A stretch of DNA of 64,000 nucleotides from Bryobacterales bacterium (GCA_027459465.1 DAIDIH010000410.1:21192-85191); one strand, 5' to 3'. Positions 1 to 9,582 are shown, numbered from the stretch's first letter. The notes: a model not told the origin generated them from the letters alone. Program-made: numbers and translations.

Positions 1-817
1 GGTCCCTCAGCATCGCGTAGTCATCGAAATAATCGAGCTTGCGGAGAGGCACCGGGACGGTGCGGCGACGACGTTCGGGCAGAAATGCCAGAATCCGATT
101 GGCAAAGAAAACACCAGCGTCCGGGGCGCGCTGTCCCTGCACGAGCAGCGATCCAAACCCTGAGTACGGAAAGGGAACAGGAATTGTTGGATCTTTGCGC
201 AGCTCGTTATAGAGCGCGCGCAAATCGGGGTCGGCCAGCATGTTGTAGGCGCGCTCGATGGTGGCTAGTTCCGCTTTGGACGCGTTCTCCTTTAGCAGTT
301 CCATGCGCCGGATGCGATAGCCCAGGCGCAATTCCTTAAAGGGCACATCGGGCGGCAGGTGCAGCAGGTAATAAAAGCTGGGCTGGCTTGACCAGGAAGC
401 GTTGCGGTTGGCGGCAAAGAAATAGTCGCGAATTGCCGAGCAGGGTATGTGGATGGCATCAATGCCAGCTTGGCCGCCCACAACCTCGACCTTCACGAAA
501 AGTTCACTTCGCCGGTCCGGCTTCGGTAACGCAGCATAGGCAACCTTGGCGTGGTAAATGTCCGCCCGCCGTAGAGAGGGCTTCCGGATATAGATCTCGG
601 CATCCGCCGTGGTGGTTCCTGCGGAGTCGTGGACGAGGACTTCATCTCCAACCCGCAGGTGTGAACCCACCAGGCCGGATAAAGCGAATTCGCGGCCGTC
701 GGCGCAGACGCAGACGAGTTTTGATCCTTCCCAGCGAATCTGGGTCACGGGGGAAGGAGCTTCCGTTACCGGGCTGACCTCAGGCGACGCGGCAGCGGAC
801 TGCACTGCTGAATCCAT
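1..817 (-). CDS. Hypothetical protein, C-terminus cut by the window edge; contains a degenerate J-domain-like helix
   Basis: Manual reverse translation from the ATG at 817 runs to base 1 with no stop (MDSAVQSAAASPEV...LRLGYRIRRMELLKENASKAELATIERAYNMLADPDLRALYNELRKDP...). It is missing from the ORF track because it is open at the edge. Confidence 0.5.
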   Translation of the reverse strand, partial: MDSAVQSAAASPEVSPVTEAPSPVTQIRWEGSKLVCVCADGREFALSGLVGSHLRVGDEVLVHDSAGTTTADAEIYIRKPSLRRADIYHAKVAYAALPKPDRRSELFVKVEVVGGQAGIDAIHIPCSAIRDYFFAANRNASWSSQPSFYYLLHLPPDVPFKELRLGYRIRRMELLKENASKAELATIERAYNMLADPDLRALYNELRKDPTIPVPFPYSGFGSLLVQGQRAPDAGVFFANRILAFLPERRRRTVPVPLRKLDYFDDYAMLRD

Positions 818-893
818 GCTGCCTGAGCGTAACCCGGATTGAAGATGTGTGCAAACACGGGTATGGGCACCGCAGCCACAGGAGTGTAATCGC

Positions 894-1559
894 ATGTCAA
901 AGAAGGATTTGACGGATGCTGTGCTGCCCTCCATCGAAGAGCGCCACGAATGGCAATCGTTCCTTGGATTATTACCGGCACTGGACCTGAGCGGCGTGGA
1001 CCCGGTTCTGTATCAGCGTTGCCTGGTGGCGGTGTGGCAGTTTCGCGAAACAGCAAGAATCAGTCGGAACGCCTTGCTACAGGCGAGCGGTCTGGGATTC
1101 CATGGTCCAGCGCTGGAGTGTGATCTTCTGCTGGCAGCACTGGTTGGGGACGAAGTGATTGAACCCATTGTATCGAGTCCATTCTGCTTCCGAGTGCGCG
1201 ACAGGAACTGGACCGATCCGGAGTCAGCCTATGCGGCCGATGAGAGCTCGGCGCTGATTGATTCCGTACGGCAGGAACAGTTAGAGCGGTTCAGGATTTT
1301 CGAAGAACTGGATCAGCGCTTGAAGAACCAGGGATTGCGCGAAAAGCGGGTGCGAGCGACCCGGGCGGAAATTGACAGACTGCGGCAGATCTACGAATCG
1401 ACTTGGGCGGAACTGGCAGATGCGGTCGGCAGCAAGTGTGCCGAGACGATTCGAAGCGACATTGAACGGTCTATCGAATCGGTGACACGACAGCTCGATC
1501 TGCCGCTGAGCGAACGCAGAAATTCAGATCTGGAAGGAGAGGACCGATGCAACAAGTGA
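894..1559 (+). CDS. Hypothetical protein
   Basis: Track ORF 849..1559. The ATG at 894 follows AGGAG by 9 nt. The stop overlaps the next start. Confidence 0.5.
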   Translation: MSKKDLTDAVLPSIEERHEWQSFLGLLPALDLSGVDPVLYQRCLVAVWQFRETARISRNALLQASGLGFHGPALECDLLLAALVGDEVIEPIVSSPFCFRVRDRNWTDPESAYAADESSALIDSVRQEQLERFRIFEELDQRLKNQGLREKRVRATRAEIDRLRQIYESTWAELADAVGSKCAETIRSDIERSIESVTRQLDLPLSERRNSDLEGEDRCNK

Positions 1560-2428
1560 ACGGTGTCGAGGGGGCCGCGGCGACGGTGTCCGCAGTTCCA
1601 GTTACGGACAATGGCGATGATCCGACCACGCTTCCGCCGGAGGTGATTGCCAAACTGCGAGAGCCGCTTCCTCCCGAAGCTGTATCTCCAAACCCGCAAA
1701 AGCCAGGGCTATCGGTGATCAAGGTGATCTATGTGGTGGAGCGGCTCAACGAGGTATTCGGACTCAACGGCTGGCGCGTTGTGAACGAAGTCGTGGAAAG
1801 CGGTCGCATGGTAGTGGTGAAGGGAGCGCTGAAAATCCCGAAGTACAACATCCATATCGAGCAGTACGGAGGCAACGACAATCCCGATCGCGGCGATGCG
1901 TATAAGGGGGCCTGCACGGACGCGCTCTCCAAATGTGCAAGCTACCTCGGTATTGGCATGGACGTCTATAAAGGACTCCATGACGACCGTCTGAAGAACG
2001 GCTCCAATCCGCGCGCGAACGGTTCCAACGGCAAGACGGCTGCGGCTCCGCCGCGATCGGGCGGCTCGGCCTCGCCGGATTCGCCGGCGCGGAATACGGA
2101 ACCAACCGGGCTGACAAGCCGCAACATGGCCAGCCGGTTCAGCAGCATGCGCAGCGTGTTGGGAGCCGCCGCGTACGCCGACATTCTCGGCCGGTATGGA
2201 TATCGGGACGTCACGAACATCCCGAGCCTCGAGAAAGCGCGGGAGGTGTATCGGGATTTGCTGGATGGATTCCGCGAGCGATTCGGCGAGACGATGCGGG
2301 CCTTGGGAGCTGACGAATACGGAAAGATCCTGCGCGAGCTGCGCTTCAGCGCGAATGTGAAGCTCAGTCCGGAGCAGGCGGTCCGGGTCTTCAACCATAT
2401 GGAGGAAACGCTAAATGGCGCGCGATGA
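1547..2428 (+). CDS. Rad52/Rad22-family single-strand annealing protein (phage/plasmid type)
   Basis: IEQYGGNDNPDRGDAYKGACTDALSKCASYLGIGMDVYKG matches the conserved Rad52-family core (K.A.TDAlk....GIG..vY). The tail is low-complexity. Confidence 0.7.
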   Translation: MQQVNGVEGAAATVSAVPVTDNGDDPTTLPPEVIAKLREPLPPEAVSPNPQKPGLSVIKVIYVVERLNEVFGLNGWRVVNEVVESGRMVVVKGALKIPKYNIHIEQYGGNDNPDRGDAYKGACTDALSKCASYLGIGMDVYKGLHDDRLKNGSNPRANGSNGKTAAAPPRSGGSASPDSPARNTEPTGLTSRNMASRFSSMRSVLGAAAYADILGRYGYRDVTNIPSLEKAREVYRDLLDGFRERFGETMRALGADEYGKILRELRFSANVKLSPEQAVRVFNHMEETLNGAR

Positions 2429-3071
2429 CATCGGCGATGGAGCAGTGGTAGTAGCGGAGGCGGAGGCGGCGGCCCCGGCCCAGATTGCCAGCACGCTGAC
2501 GCTGTTTCAGGTTGAACAGTCTCTCGTCCTCCTGGCCGAATCAGCCGAAGAGGAAGGGGTTACACCGGAACTTGAACAAGCGCTGATTCGATACCTGGAA
2601 GGGGCGGTAGAGAAGCGCGATCGCGTCGCCGAATTCATCCTGTTCTGCGAGGGCATGGCGGATCTTGCCAAAGCCGAAGTGAAGCGACTTCAAGTCCGGC
2701 AGAAGCACTTTGAAGCCACCGCCGAGCGGGTCTCCACGATGGTGTTGCGCGTCCTCGATTATCTCGGGGTAACGAAACTCGAAGGAAGGACGCACACGCT
2801 GAAGAAGCGCAAGTGCCCCGCGTCGGTGAAGATCGTTGAGGAAGAGAAGATTCCACCTGGATACAAACGCATCACGGTTACGCTCCCGCTGGGTCAATGG
2901 CAGGCGCTGCTGGGGAGCATTCCGGACGAGTCTCAAAAGACGGTTCTTTCCAGCGTTCGTAAGCAGGAAACATCGCTCGATCTGGAGACGATCAAACTGG
3001 CGCTCAATCTGGAGGAGAAGATCGACGGGGCTGATCTAGTCGTGAACAAGTTTACGCTCCATGTGAGCTGA
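2415..3071 (+). CDS. Gp157-like protein (siphovirus Gp157 family)
   Basis: Coiled N-terminal half (EKRDRVAEFILFCEGMADLAKAEVKRLQVRQKHFE), then LEGRTHTLKKRKCPASVKIVEEEKIPPGY, the layout I recall for this family. Overlaps the Rad52-like gene by 14 nt. Confidence 0.55.
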   Translation: MARDDIGDGAVVVAEAEAAAPAQIASTLTLFQVEQSLVLLAESAEEEGVTPELEQALIRYLEGAVEKRDRVAEFILFCEGMADLAKAEVKRLQVRQKHFEATAERVSTMVLRVLDYLGVTKLEGRTHTLKKRKCPASVKIVEEEKIPPGYKRITVTLPLGQWQALLGSIPDESQKTVLSSVRKQETSLDLETIKLALNLEEKIDGADLVVNKFTLHVS

Positions 3072-3326
3072 CGATCAGCCGGCAGCATAGGTTGGCAGCG
3101 CCGAGTTACAAAGTGCGGGGAAATGCGTGGGGCTACGGCAGTCACTCGCAAAGGTGGTACTGCGCCAGCATTCGCATGGATCGGGCTGCCGCGGTCTCTG
3201 AACGACTCGCGGCGCAAAAGCCGGTGTTCGAGGTGCATCCCCAGTGGCAGGGGCCGGCGAGGATGGCTGAACGCCGGGTTGAAGTGTGTTGGGGGTACGG
3301 CACTCTAAGGGAGGAGAGAACAACAA

Positions 3327-3869
3327 ATGTTTACCGAATTGATGCCGCTGCTCAAGCAGCGTGCTGTCATGATCACGATTTCGGACATCGGCGAGGGCCT
3401 GCTCAGGATAAATTTTATCCCGCGTAAGATCGAGGGCGCATCTGACGAAAACTTGGCGTTGACAACTCCGTTGTCCATTACTGGCAGGCCCGAGGAATTA
3501 GACCGGGAATTGCCCGGGCAGCTTGCTTCGTTTACCGAATCGATCCTGAAGACCGGCACAAATCTGGAGGAGCTGAAGGTGCAGCACGCGGCTGCCGTCA
3601 AGGCTCTGGAAGCCGAGAACAGAAAGAGGCTGGATGATAAGAAAAAGTCAAACGGTTCGAAGGCCGGGAGTACGCCTCCGCCCAATTTGAACGATGCGCC
3701 TGTGTTCAAGGACGGCAAACCCGTGTTCGGCAGCAAAACGGCGCCGCCTCCGACTGAAAGCAGGAGCCTGTTCGAGACAGCGGAAAGGGAAGGCGAGAAC
3801 ATCGTTGAGCACTCGAACAGCGATCAAGAGACGGCGCCGGATCCTCCGAGCGCATCCGAGAATTCTTAA
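3327..3869 (+). CDS. PRTRC system protein E
   Basis: MFTELMPLLKQRAVMITISDIGEGLLRINFIPRK...ALTTPLSITGRPEELDRELP followed by a Lys/Pro/Ala-rich tail, the recalled pattern of PRTRC protein E. Same strand as PRTRC C/F/B/ThiF. Confidence 0.75.
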   Translation: MFTELMPLLKQRAVMITISDIGEGLLRINFIPRKIEGASDENLALTTPLSITGRPEELDRELPGQLASFTESILKTGTNLEELKVQHAAAVKALEAENRKRLDDKKKSNGSKAGSTPPPNLNDAPVFKDGKPVFGSKTAPPPTESRSLFETAEREGENIVEHSNSDQETAPDPPSASENS

Positions 3870-3966
3870 ACCCAATTGAGCCGGCAGGGAGGAAGAGCGC
3901 GAGAGAGAGTGTAGGATGCCAGAGTAGTTGACAGTCCCGCCATTGATTCTAAACAGGCACCGACGA

Positions 3967-4407
3967 TTATTTCCCAGAATTGCTGGCAATCTGTGTCACG
4001 ATTGCTGGCAGAATCCTACGCTTGTGGCATTGCTCCTGGCATAATCCTACTGTCGTGCCGTCGACGAATTTTGCCGGATCATGGAAAGTTTCGATACCCT
4101 TGGCCTCGAGGCTGTTCTCGCTTTGGCCCGGCACAGGGTCCGTAAATGTTCGCTTGAACTGAATCAACTCCGGCCAGCGGATCATGGAGATCCCCTGACA
4201 CACCGTGTGCGTACATTCGGGGAGACCACTCCGTGAGTTCTCCGGCTCCTACAGCACCTTTTTCGGATCGCAGCCGCGCAGGGCGCAAGTACCGCCGTAT
4301 GGCAGCTCATCGATGACAGCGACTTGCCAGCCCGCGGCGCAGGACTTGTGCGTCGGAGGCGACGCGGCAGCACCCGTGCCGATGACCACGAGATCAAGTG
4401 TTTGCAT
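3967..4407 (-). pseudogene. Remnant of a FAD-dependent pyridine nucleotide-disulfide oxidoreductase (truncated, frameshifted)
   Basis: From the ATG at 4407: MQTLDLVVIGTGAAA...YGGTCALRGCDPKKVL then TAG. Homology continues in other frames (GAGELTEW..MYAHGVSG.. / IRWPELIQFKRTFTDPVPGQSENSLEAKGIETFHDPAKFVDGTTV) and ends near 4055. Confidence 0.65.
3979..4050. repeat. Three direct copies of ATTGCT(CC)GGCA; two are followed by (G/T)AATCCTAC
   Basis: attgctggca at 3979-3988 and 4001-4010; attgctcctggca at 4029-4041; aatcctac at 4012-4019 and 4043-4050. Lies at the left junction of the mercury segment. Confidence 0.6.
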
Positions 4408-4423
4408 TATGGCTTCACGAACT

Positions 4424-5854
4424 TCATTCCGCGCAGCAGCTCATTTTCGACACATCTTTCGTATAAGACAAAGCGACGATTTTCAGTGCCTCCGCCATCG
4501 TCGGATATACGTGTAGCATTCCCGCGAAATCCTCAATCTTCGCGCCGAAGCGCAGCCCCATCGCCGCCTCGTGAATGACCTCCGCGGCATTGAGGCCGTG
4601 CATGGAGACGCCGAGCACCTTCCGGGTGTTCCGGTCGGCCACCATCTTGATAACGCCGCGGGGCGCGCGCACCGCTCCCGCGCGCGGGACCAGCGTCATC
4701 GGAACGATACGGCACTCGCATGTGTACTCTTGGGCGTTCGCCTCCCCGTCCGTGAGCCCCACGCTGCCGACTTGCGGATCGCTAAAGACGGCGCGGGGAA
4801 CCACCGCATGATTGACTTTGCGGCCCGCGCCCTTCAGCGCATTGTCCGCAGCGATGCCGCCGTCCTGAGCTCCCACCGGCGTTGCCATTTGGCTGTGCGC
4901 GTGGGAGTTAATGACATCCCCCGCCGCGAAAATGTGCCCGGCCGACGTGCGAAGTTCATCGTCCACCTTGACGAACCCATGCTCATCCACTTCAACCTGC
5001 GCCTTTTCCAGGGCGAGGCCGTCCGTGTTCGGCCGCCGGCCGGTTGCTACCAGTAGGCGGGCCGCTTTGAATTCCCGCTGTCTGCCGCCCGCTTGCGCCG
5101 TTACAGTGACCTGGACCTCGTCGCCCTGCACCCGGACAACCTTCGCGCCGGTGTGAATAGTGATCCCTTCATCCCGGAATGACGCCGCGACGGATTCCGA
5201 AATTTCGGGCTCGCCGCCGGAAAGAATACGCTCCCCGCGTTCCAGAATAGTCACCTGGGTCCCGAAGCGGGCGAACATCTGCCCGAGTTCGACCGCAATA
5301 TAGCCCCCGCCGACGACGACGAGAGAGGCCGGCAGTTCGCGCAGCTCCATATTGTCCTGACTGGTGAGCAAGTCACTGGTCAGATACGGCGTGGACGAGA
5401 GGCCGGGAATACCAGGGATTTCCGGCGAAGTACCGGTCGCGATCAGCAGGTATTCCCCCCTGAGGGCCTGGCGGCCGATGGAAACCTCGTGCGGGCCTGT
5501 CATCTCTGCCCGCCCACTGAACACCTTGATGCGCTTCGACCCTTCGACGATGCTGCGATATTTCTTGTCCCGGTAGTCACGGATGACGTGATCCTTCTGT
5601 CCGACGAGCGCGGGAAAATCCAGTGTCATCGCCCCCGGGTTGAGGCCCGGAAAGCGGGGATTGTTGGCGTCGTAGAAAATCTTCGCCGCCTCAATAAGGT
5701 TCTTGGAGGGGAGGCAACCGCGGTTCACGCAGGTGCCACCCAACGTGCGGACCTCCGTCATGACCGCCGTCTTCCCCAACGCCGCCGCGCGCAAGGCCGC
5801 GGCGAAGGCCGTCGAGCCGGAACCGAGAATCACCAAATCGAACTGTTCAGCCAT
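4424..5854 (-). CDS. merA: Mercuric reductase, core form without an N-terminal HMA domain
   Basis: [13 protein letters not shown] loop, redox [14 protein letters not shown]-terminal vicinal Cys pair (..VSKMSCCAE). 476 aa, within a mer gene context. Confidence 0.85.
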   Translation of the reverse strand: MAEQFDLVILGSGSTAFAAALRAAALGKTAVMTEVRTLGGTCVNRGCLPSKNLIEAAKIFYDANNPRFPGLNPGAMTLDFPALVGQKDHVIRDYRDKKYRSIVEGSKRIKVFSGRAEMTGPHEVSIGRQALRGEYLLIATGTSPEIPGIPGLSSTPYLTSDLLTSQDNMELRELPASLVVVGGGYIAVELGQMFARFGTQVTILERGERILSGGEPEISESVAASFRDEGITIHTGAKVVRVQGDEVQVTVTAQAGGRQREFKAARLLVATGRRPNTDGLALEKAQVEVDEHGFVKVDDELRTSAGHIFAAGDVINSHAHSQMATPVGAQDGGIAADNALKGAGRKVNHAVVPRAVFSDPQVGSVGLTDGEANAQEYTCECRIVPMTLVPRAGAVRAPRGVIKMVADRNTRKVLGVSMHGLNAAEVIHEAAMGLRFGAKIEDFAGMLHVYPTMAEALKIVALSYTKDVSKMSCCAE

Positions 5855-5993
5855 GACTGCTCCCCACTATCCAGCCACGCGCAGCAGCGCGCGGTACGTT
5901 CCATCCGCCGCGGCGGTATAGGCGAGATGGCCGCTGCAGCCGCGCGGAGATGCGCGTCGAATCGAAAAGGCTCGCGGCTGTATCTCTGGCCGT

Positions 5994-6185
5994 TCAATGC
6001 GCGTGCTTCCGGCGCGCGAGATAAAGCCCCAGGCCCGCGAGCCCTAGGAACATCACCAGCCGGCCCATCAAAATCGAATCATTCAGAATGAACCCGAGGC
6101 CGACGGCCGATACGATGCCCGCGACCAGAAAACGCGCAAAGTAGTACAGCGCCGCAAATACCGCGCCGCCGAGGCCCAAGGCCAT
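5994..6185 (-). CDS. Small two-TM membrane protein, unknown function
   Basis: 63 aa, strongly hydrophobic, between merA and the other mer transport genes on the same strand. Confidence 0.4.
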   Translation of the reverse strand: MALGLGGAVFAALYYFARFLVAGIVSAVGLGFILNDSILMGRLVMFLGLAGLGLYLARRKHAH

Positions 6186-6221
6186 CAGCGCCCGGCCGAA
6201 ATGTCTTTTGGCGACCGTCTA

Positions 6222-6443
6222 TCACTTGCGCACCTGCCTTTCATTCAACCTGCAGCGACTCTCATTGCGGGGACACGTGGCGCAGCTGCGTTTCAAGTAA
6301 CAGATGAAGCCCGCGACCCCGAGAACGCCAAACGTGCTACAGATCACCGGCCAGGTTGGCCGCAAAAAAGCAAGCGAGACGCCCGAAAGGATGAGCAGCG
6401 GAACGCCGCAGCATAGGAAATGGAGCACCGCGAAGAGCGCCAC
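6222..6443 (-). CDS. Small membrane protein with a vicinal Cys pair, MerF/MerE-like putative Hg transporter
   Basis: FLCCGVPLLIL in TM1 resembles the MerF LCCFTP motif. A second Cys cluster (CATCP) sits at the C-terminal end. Confidence 0.45.
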   Translation of the reverse strand: MALFAVLHFLCCGVPLLILSGVSLAFLRPTWPVICSTFGVLGVAGFICYLKRSCATCPRNESRCRLNERQVRK

Positions 6444-6525
6444 CGCACCGCATCCGCCATATTCTCTCAGCCTCGCCAGTTAATAACGCGGCTCCCCCGC
6501 CGGCGAATTCCCGTTCGACGAGCCT

Positions 6526-6930
6526 TTATTTCTTTGCTTTGGTCGCCAGGATCTTGTTGATCTCCGGGTTGAGGCCCTCGGCGAACCAACTTTCGGCGAG
6601 CGCCAGTTCGGCCTCTGATAGCCCGACCTTGGTCTTGGCACTTTCCAGAAATTGTTTCTGCGCCTCTCCCACAGCTTTGTTGTAGCTGCTGAGCGCTTGA
6701 GTATATTGCTCCTTTTGGGCTGCGCTGAGCTTGAACATCTGGGCGTTGCCGGGGCAAAGCTGGCCCGTCTTCATGTGCCCGCAGAATATCTCGGGCGCAT
6801 CGGACTTAGGGTGTACCTCCTTTGCGCTCGCTCCCCCGTGTCCCTCGTGTTCCTGGGCATAGAAAGTCCCCGCGGCAAACAGGGTCATCAGCACGGTCAT
6901 GGGAATCAATCCCGCAGTTAAACGTTTCAT
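6526..6930 (-). CDS. Secreted/periplasmic protein with a Cys pair and a His-rich patch, putative metal binding
   Basis: Start chosen at MKRLTAGLIPMTVLMTLFAAGTFYAQ (signal peptide). Contains HEGHGG and CGHMKTGQLC. Confidence 0.5.
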   Translation of the reverse strand: MKRLTAGLIPMTVLMTLFAAGTFYAQEHEGHGGASAKEVHPKSDAPEIFCGHMKTGQLCPGNAQMFKLSAAQKEQYTQALSSYNKAVGEAQKQFLESAKTKVGLSEAELALAESWFAEGLNPEINKILATKAKK

Positions 6931-6993
6931 AGCGGCAATCTCCTTTTCTTGGATCTCTGGCTCGCTTCTCGAAGAATGAAGCCTAAAACACAC

Positions 6994-7983
6994 CTATAAA
7001 GAATGCGGCGCCGTGGCGATGTGAAAACCGGCGTCGCTGATGACTTTTTGCAATGCGGCGACGTTCTGCGTGCTTGGATCGTAGGTCACGACGGCTTTGC
7101 GGCTGTCAACATCCAGCTTCGCATCCGCCACGCCAGGCAGCTTGCGGAGGGTGGCCGAGAGGCTAACTGCGCAGGCTGGGCAGTCCATATCGCGAACTTG
7201 GAAGGCAACCGTTGACAGACCTGCCGAGCTCGCAGAACGGGCCGGGACGGGCTGCCGAACCACCATTTGCGCTACCGCTCCCGAGTAGTAAGGAAACGCC
7301 GCCAAAGCGACCACGCCCGTAGCGAGAATCCCCAATGCGATACGGTTCCAGCGGCTCATCGGCTTCGTCGCGCAGAGACTGCCGGCGGCGCAGGCCTTCT
7401 TGTGATCGCGCCAGGCGAGGAAAAATCCGCCGACCAGCAGCAGCCCGGTCAGGCCGAGCAGGTACGGCCGCCATTTTTCGAACGCCACGCCGGCGGCGAT
7501 CGCGCCCGCGCCTGTCACCGCCGCCACAATAGGGAGAATGCAGCACAATGAAGCGCCAATGGCAGCAGCTACCGAGGCCACCAGAAGCAATCCTTTCTGC
7601 TTCGGAACGGATTCGGCTGCCTGCGCCGTACCCGCCGGAACTGCACAGCAGTCGTGCGCAGCGGGATGTCCGCCTGCCGCTTCCCGCACGGCAGTGCGAA
7701 TCAGGTCCAGAGGGGGAGTTCCTACCTGTCTGCCTCCATCGGCATACGTCCGGCACATCACGCCAAAGTCTTTGGACAAGCGCGCGGATGGCTCGATATC
7801 AAGACCGCCGATGCGGACCGTCGGCGAGCCCAGAAAGCCTAACGAACGGGCAGCAACGCCATCTGGCACGTTGACATCAACCACCTCCGCGGCCACGCCC
7901 TCCTGCTGCAGGATTTCTTTCACGCGATCTACTGTCGGAGCGTAATTCGGGCATCCGTCAAAAAAGAAAATTTCAACTTTCAT
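6994..7983 (-). CDS. merT: Three-domain fusion: thioredoxin-fold (DUF2703-like) + MerT + MerP-like HMA
   Basis: N-terminus MKVEIFFFDGCPNY...GSPTVRIGGLDIE...CRTY. Middle SLCCILPIV...WRPYLLG...FFLAWRDHKKACAAGSLCA (MerT signature). C-terminus VRDMDCPACAVSLS (HMA). Confidence 0.75.
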   Translation of the reverse strand: MKVEIFFFDGCPNYAPTVDRVKEILQQEGVAAEVVDVNVPDGVAARSLGFLGSPTVRIGGLDIEPSARLSKDFGVMCRTYADGGRQVGTPPLDLIRTAVREAAGGHPAAHDCCAVPAGTAQAAESVPKQKGLLLVASVAAAIGASLCCILPIVAAVTGAGAIAAGVAFEKWRPYLLGLTGLLLVGGFFLAWRDHKKACAAGSLCATKPMSRWNRIALGILATGVVALAAFPYYSGAVAQMVVRQPVPARSASSAGLSTVAFQVRDMDCPACAVSLSATLRKLPGVADAKLDVDSRKAVVTYDPSTQNVAALQKVISDAGFHIATAPHSL

Positions 7984-8423
7984 GATTTACCTTCCTGCCT
8001 GTCGGCATGCGCAATCTGCTCCAGAACGGGGCAGCATTCTTCCTCTGCGCTGGTGTGCCTTTTCAGGCTGCGGTCGCAATTGCGAAGTGCTCCTTTTAAG
8101 TCGCTCTCCAAAGCCTGAAGTTGCTCGATCTTGAGGCGCACGGACTCCAGCTTGCGCTGCAACAGCTCCCGGACGTGGGAGCACGCCTGCAGCTTTTCGT
8201 CTCTCAGAAGGAGCAGCTCCCGAATTTCGGCGAGTGAAAACCCCAGAGTCTGGGCATGATGGATGAAGTGCAGCCGTTCGACCGACTCCCCGCTGTAGAG
8301 CCGAAATCCTCCCGCCGTTCGAGCAGGCCGGGGCAAAAGGCGCTGCTTCTCATAGAAGCGGATCGCATCGACCGTTAGACCTGTCTCTTGAGCAACGTCT
8401 CCAATCTGAAGGGCGTGAGACAT
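7980..8423 (-). CDS. merR: MerR-family regulator, probably the Hg(II)-responsive MerR
   Basis: HTH IGDVAQETGLTVDAIRFYEKQRLL. Cys at about 81, 115 and 128/129 (QACSH, RNCD, EECCP), close to the MerR Cys triad spacing. It is the first gene of the mer operon. Start taken at MSHALQ. Confidence 0.75.
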   Translation of the reverse strand: MSHALQIGDVAQETGLTVDAIRFYEKQRLLPRPARTAGGFRLYSGESVERLHFIHHAQTLGFSLAEIRELLLLRDEKLQACSHVRELLQRKLESVRLKIEQLQALESDLKGALRNCDRSLKRHTSAEEECCPVLEQIAHADRQEGKS

Positions 8424-8445
8424 GAATTTAGACCTTCTATTTATA

Positions 8446-8477
8446 AAGATACACTCTGGAGTTGACTCCAGAGTCAA
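8446..8477 (-). promoter_or_regulatory. MerR-type promoter: TTGACT, 19-20 nt spacer containing a 10-bp inverted repeat, then TATCTT
   Basis: Minus strand reads TTGACT CTGGAGTCAACTCCAGAGTG TATCTT. Inverted repeat ACTCTGGAGT/ACTCCAGAGT at 8453-8474. About 20 nt upstream of the merR ATG. Confidence 0.6.
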
Positions 8478-8667
8478 GCTTTTTTTGGGGCTCTGGGTTG
8501 CACCCCAGGCACGTGCTGCATTGGCTACCCAGGTGATGGGCTGCAATGTGCGGGTGAGCGGTGGCTGTCTCAGCCGGGTTTACCTCCTGTGACGGCGTAG
8601 TGTTTGGCGACGCAGGGCAAAGGTTGTTCCCGGACGGAGCGGCAGGAGTCGCGCCACTAGAACGTGA

Positions 8668-9320
8668 TCATGCTCGCTGAACAGGACGGCTCGCGCGAAA
8701 AACCCGTCGCATGGGCTTACCCGAGTCGGTTTCCTTAATCAGTCTGTACTCCGCCCACTTCTGTTTTCGGAGGGCCTTGACGCGGCGCTGTGACTCCTCT
8801 CGCAGCATCCTGCGAGTTGGAAGCTGTATCTGGGCTGCGACATCCTTGCGGATGAAATAGGCGTGGCTCCTTCCTGCGTCAGGGCTCGGAATGGCGAGTA
8901 ACGGCGGGCCCGACTCATTCAGGTGGCGCGCAAGAGAGCCACTGTTGAGGCGAAATCGCCGAGCGAGGACCGATGTTGACACGTAGCCTTCTGCGAACGT
9001 CGACCTTCTTTCTCGGGCCCCATTTTGGCAACCCATTTCGATAGCCGACAGCAACGCCAAGCAACCCTTGTGTTACCACGCCGCCAATGATGTTGGTTCT
9101 GACCCCCAAACATGGCTGCCGGTTCCTTGAAACTGAGGAAACTGTCCCGTGGCGCCGTAATGCCGGGCGTCGGGCGGTATTTGCGGAGATCTTCGGACCG
9201 GAACAGATAACCAGTGATTCCGCGAAACCGGTTTGTGCGACCCGTCGGGACGAGGCTACCATCAACTACAGCCCGGATGACAGCGGCAAGGCCTGAATCG
9301 CGGCCGAGGTAGTTCTTCAT
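8668..9320 (-). pseudogene. Degraded gene of unknown family with HTH-like segments; needs two frame changes
   Basis: Three overlapping frames read on from one another: MKNYLGRDSGLAAVIRAVVDGSLVPTGRTNRFRGITGYLF..SFLSFKE / LGVRTNIIGGVVTQGLLGVAVGYRNG / STFAEGYVSTSVLARRFRLNSGSLARHLNESGPPLLAIPS.. Confidence 0.4.
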
Positions 9321-9562
9321 CGCATGGCGCAGCGCGATAAACTCGCCTGGCTTCGAGTATTCCGTCCCCGGGGCTCAACCGGCGTCACGAACGAATGCAC
9401 TCATCAGTGCAACTGCCGACCTGGACGATCGGGACCTCGAAGAAGTGACTTTATTTTATGCGCGATTCAGAACGGCGCAACGAGCGAAGCGAAAGGCCTG
9501 ACGCTACGCAACTCAACCTGCGCAGAAGCTGCACGCCCGCTCTATATCACAAATTCTGAGAT

Positions 9563-9582
9563 TTCGTGTCACGTGACACGAA
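9563..9582. promoter_or_regulatory. Perfect 20-bp palindrome flanked by AATTCTGA direct repeats, upstream of PRTRC C
   Basis: ttcgtgtcac|gtgacacgaa at 9563-9582. aattctga at 9552-9559 and 9590-9597. 55 nt upstream of the PRTRC C ATG. Confidence 0.5.

Noticed and set aside
3092-3427. ORFs in the gap upstream of PRTRC E (3092..3427 and 3123..3308), considered as the missing small PRTRC C gene
   Set aside because: Their translations are Arg/Trp-rich and unlike the ubiquitin-like protein C. The real C gene was found split by IS3 at 9637-11044.
3981-4010. TGGCA...TTGC elements, considered as a sigma-54 promoter
   Set aside because: The GG-to-GC spacing is about 19 nt rather than the required 12 or so. 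The motifs are better explained as direct repeats.
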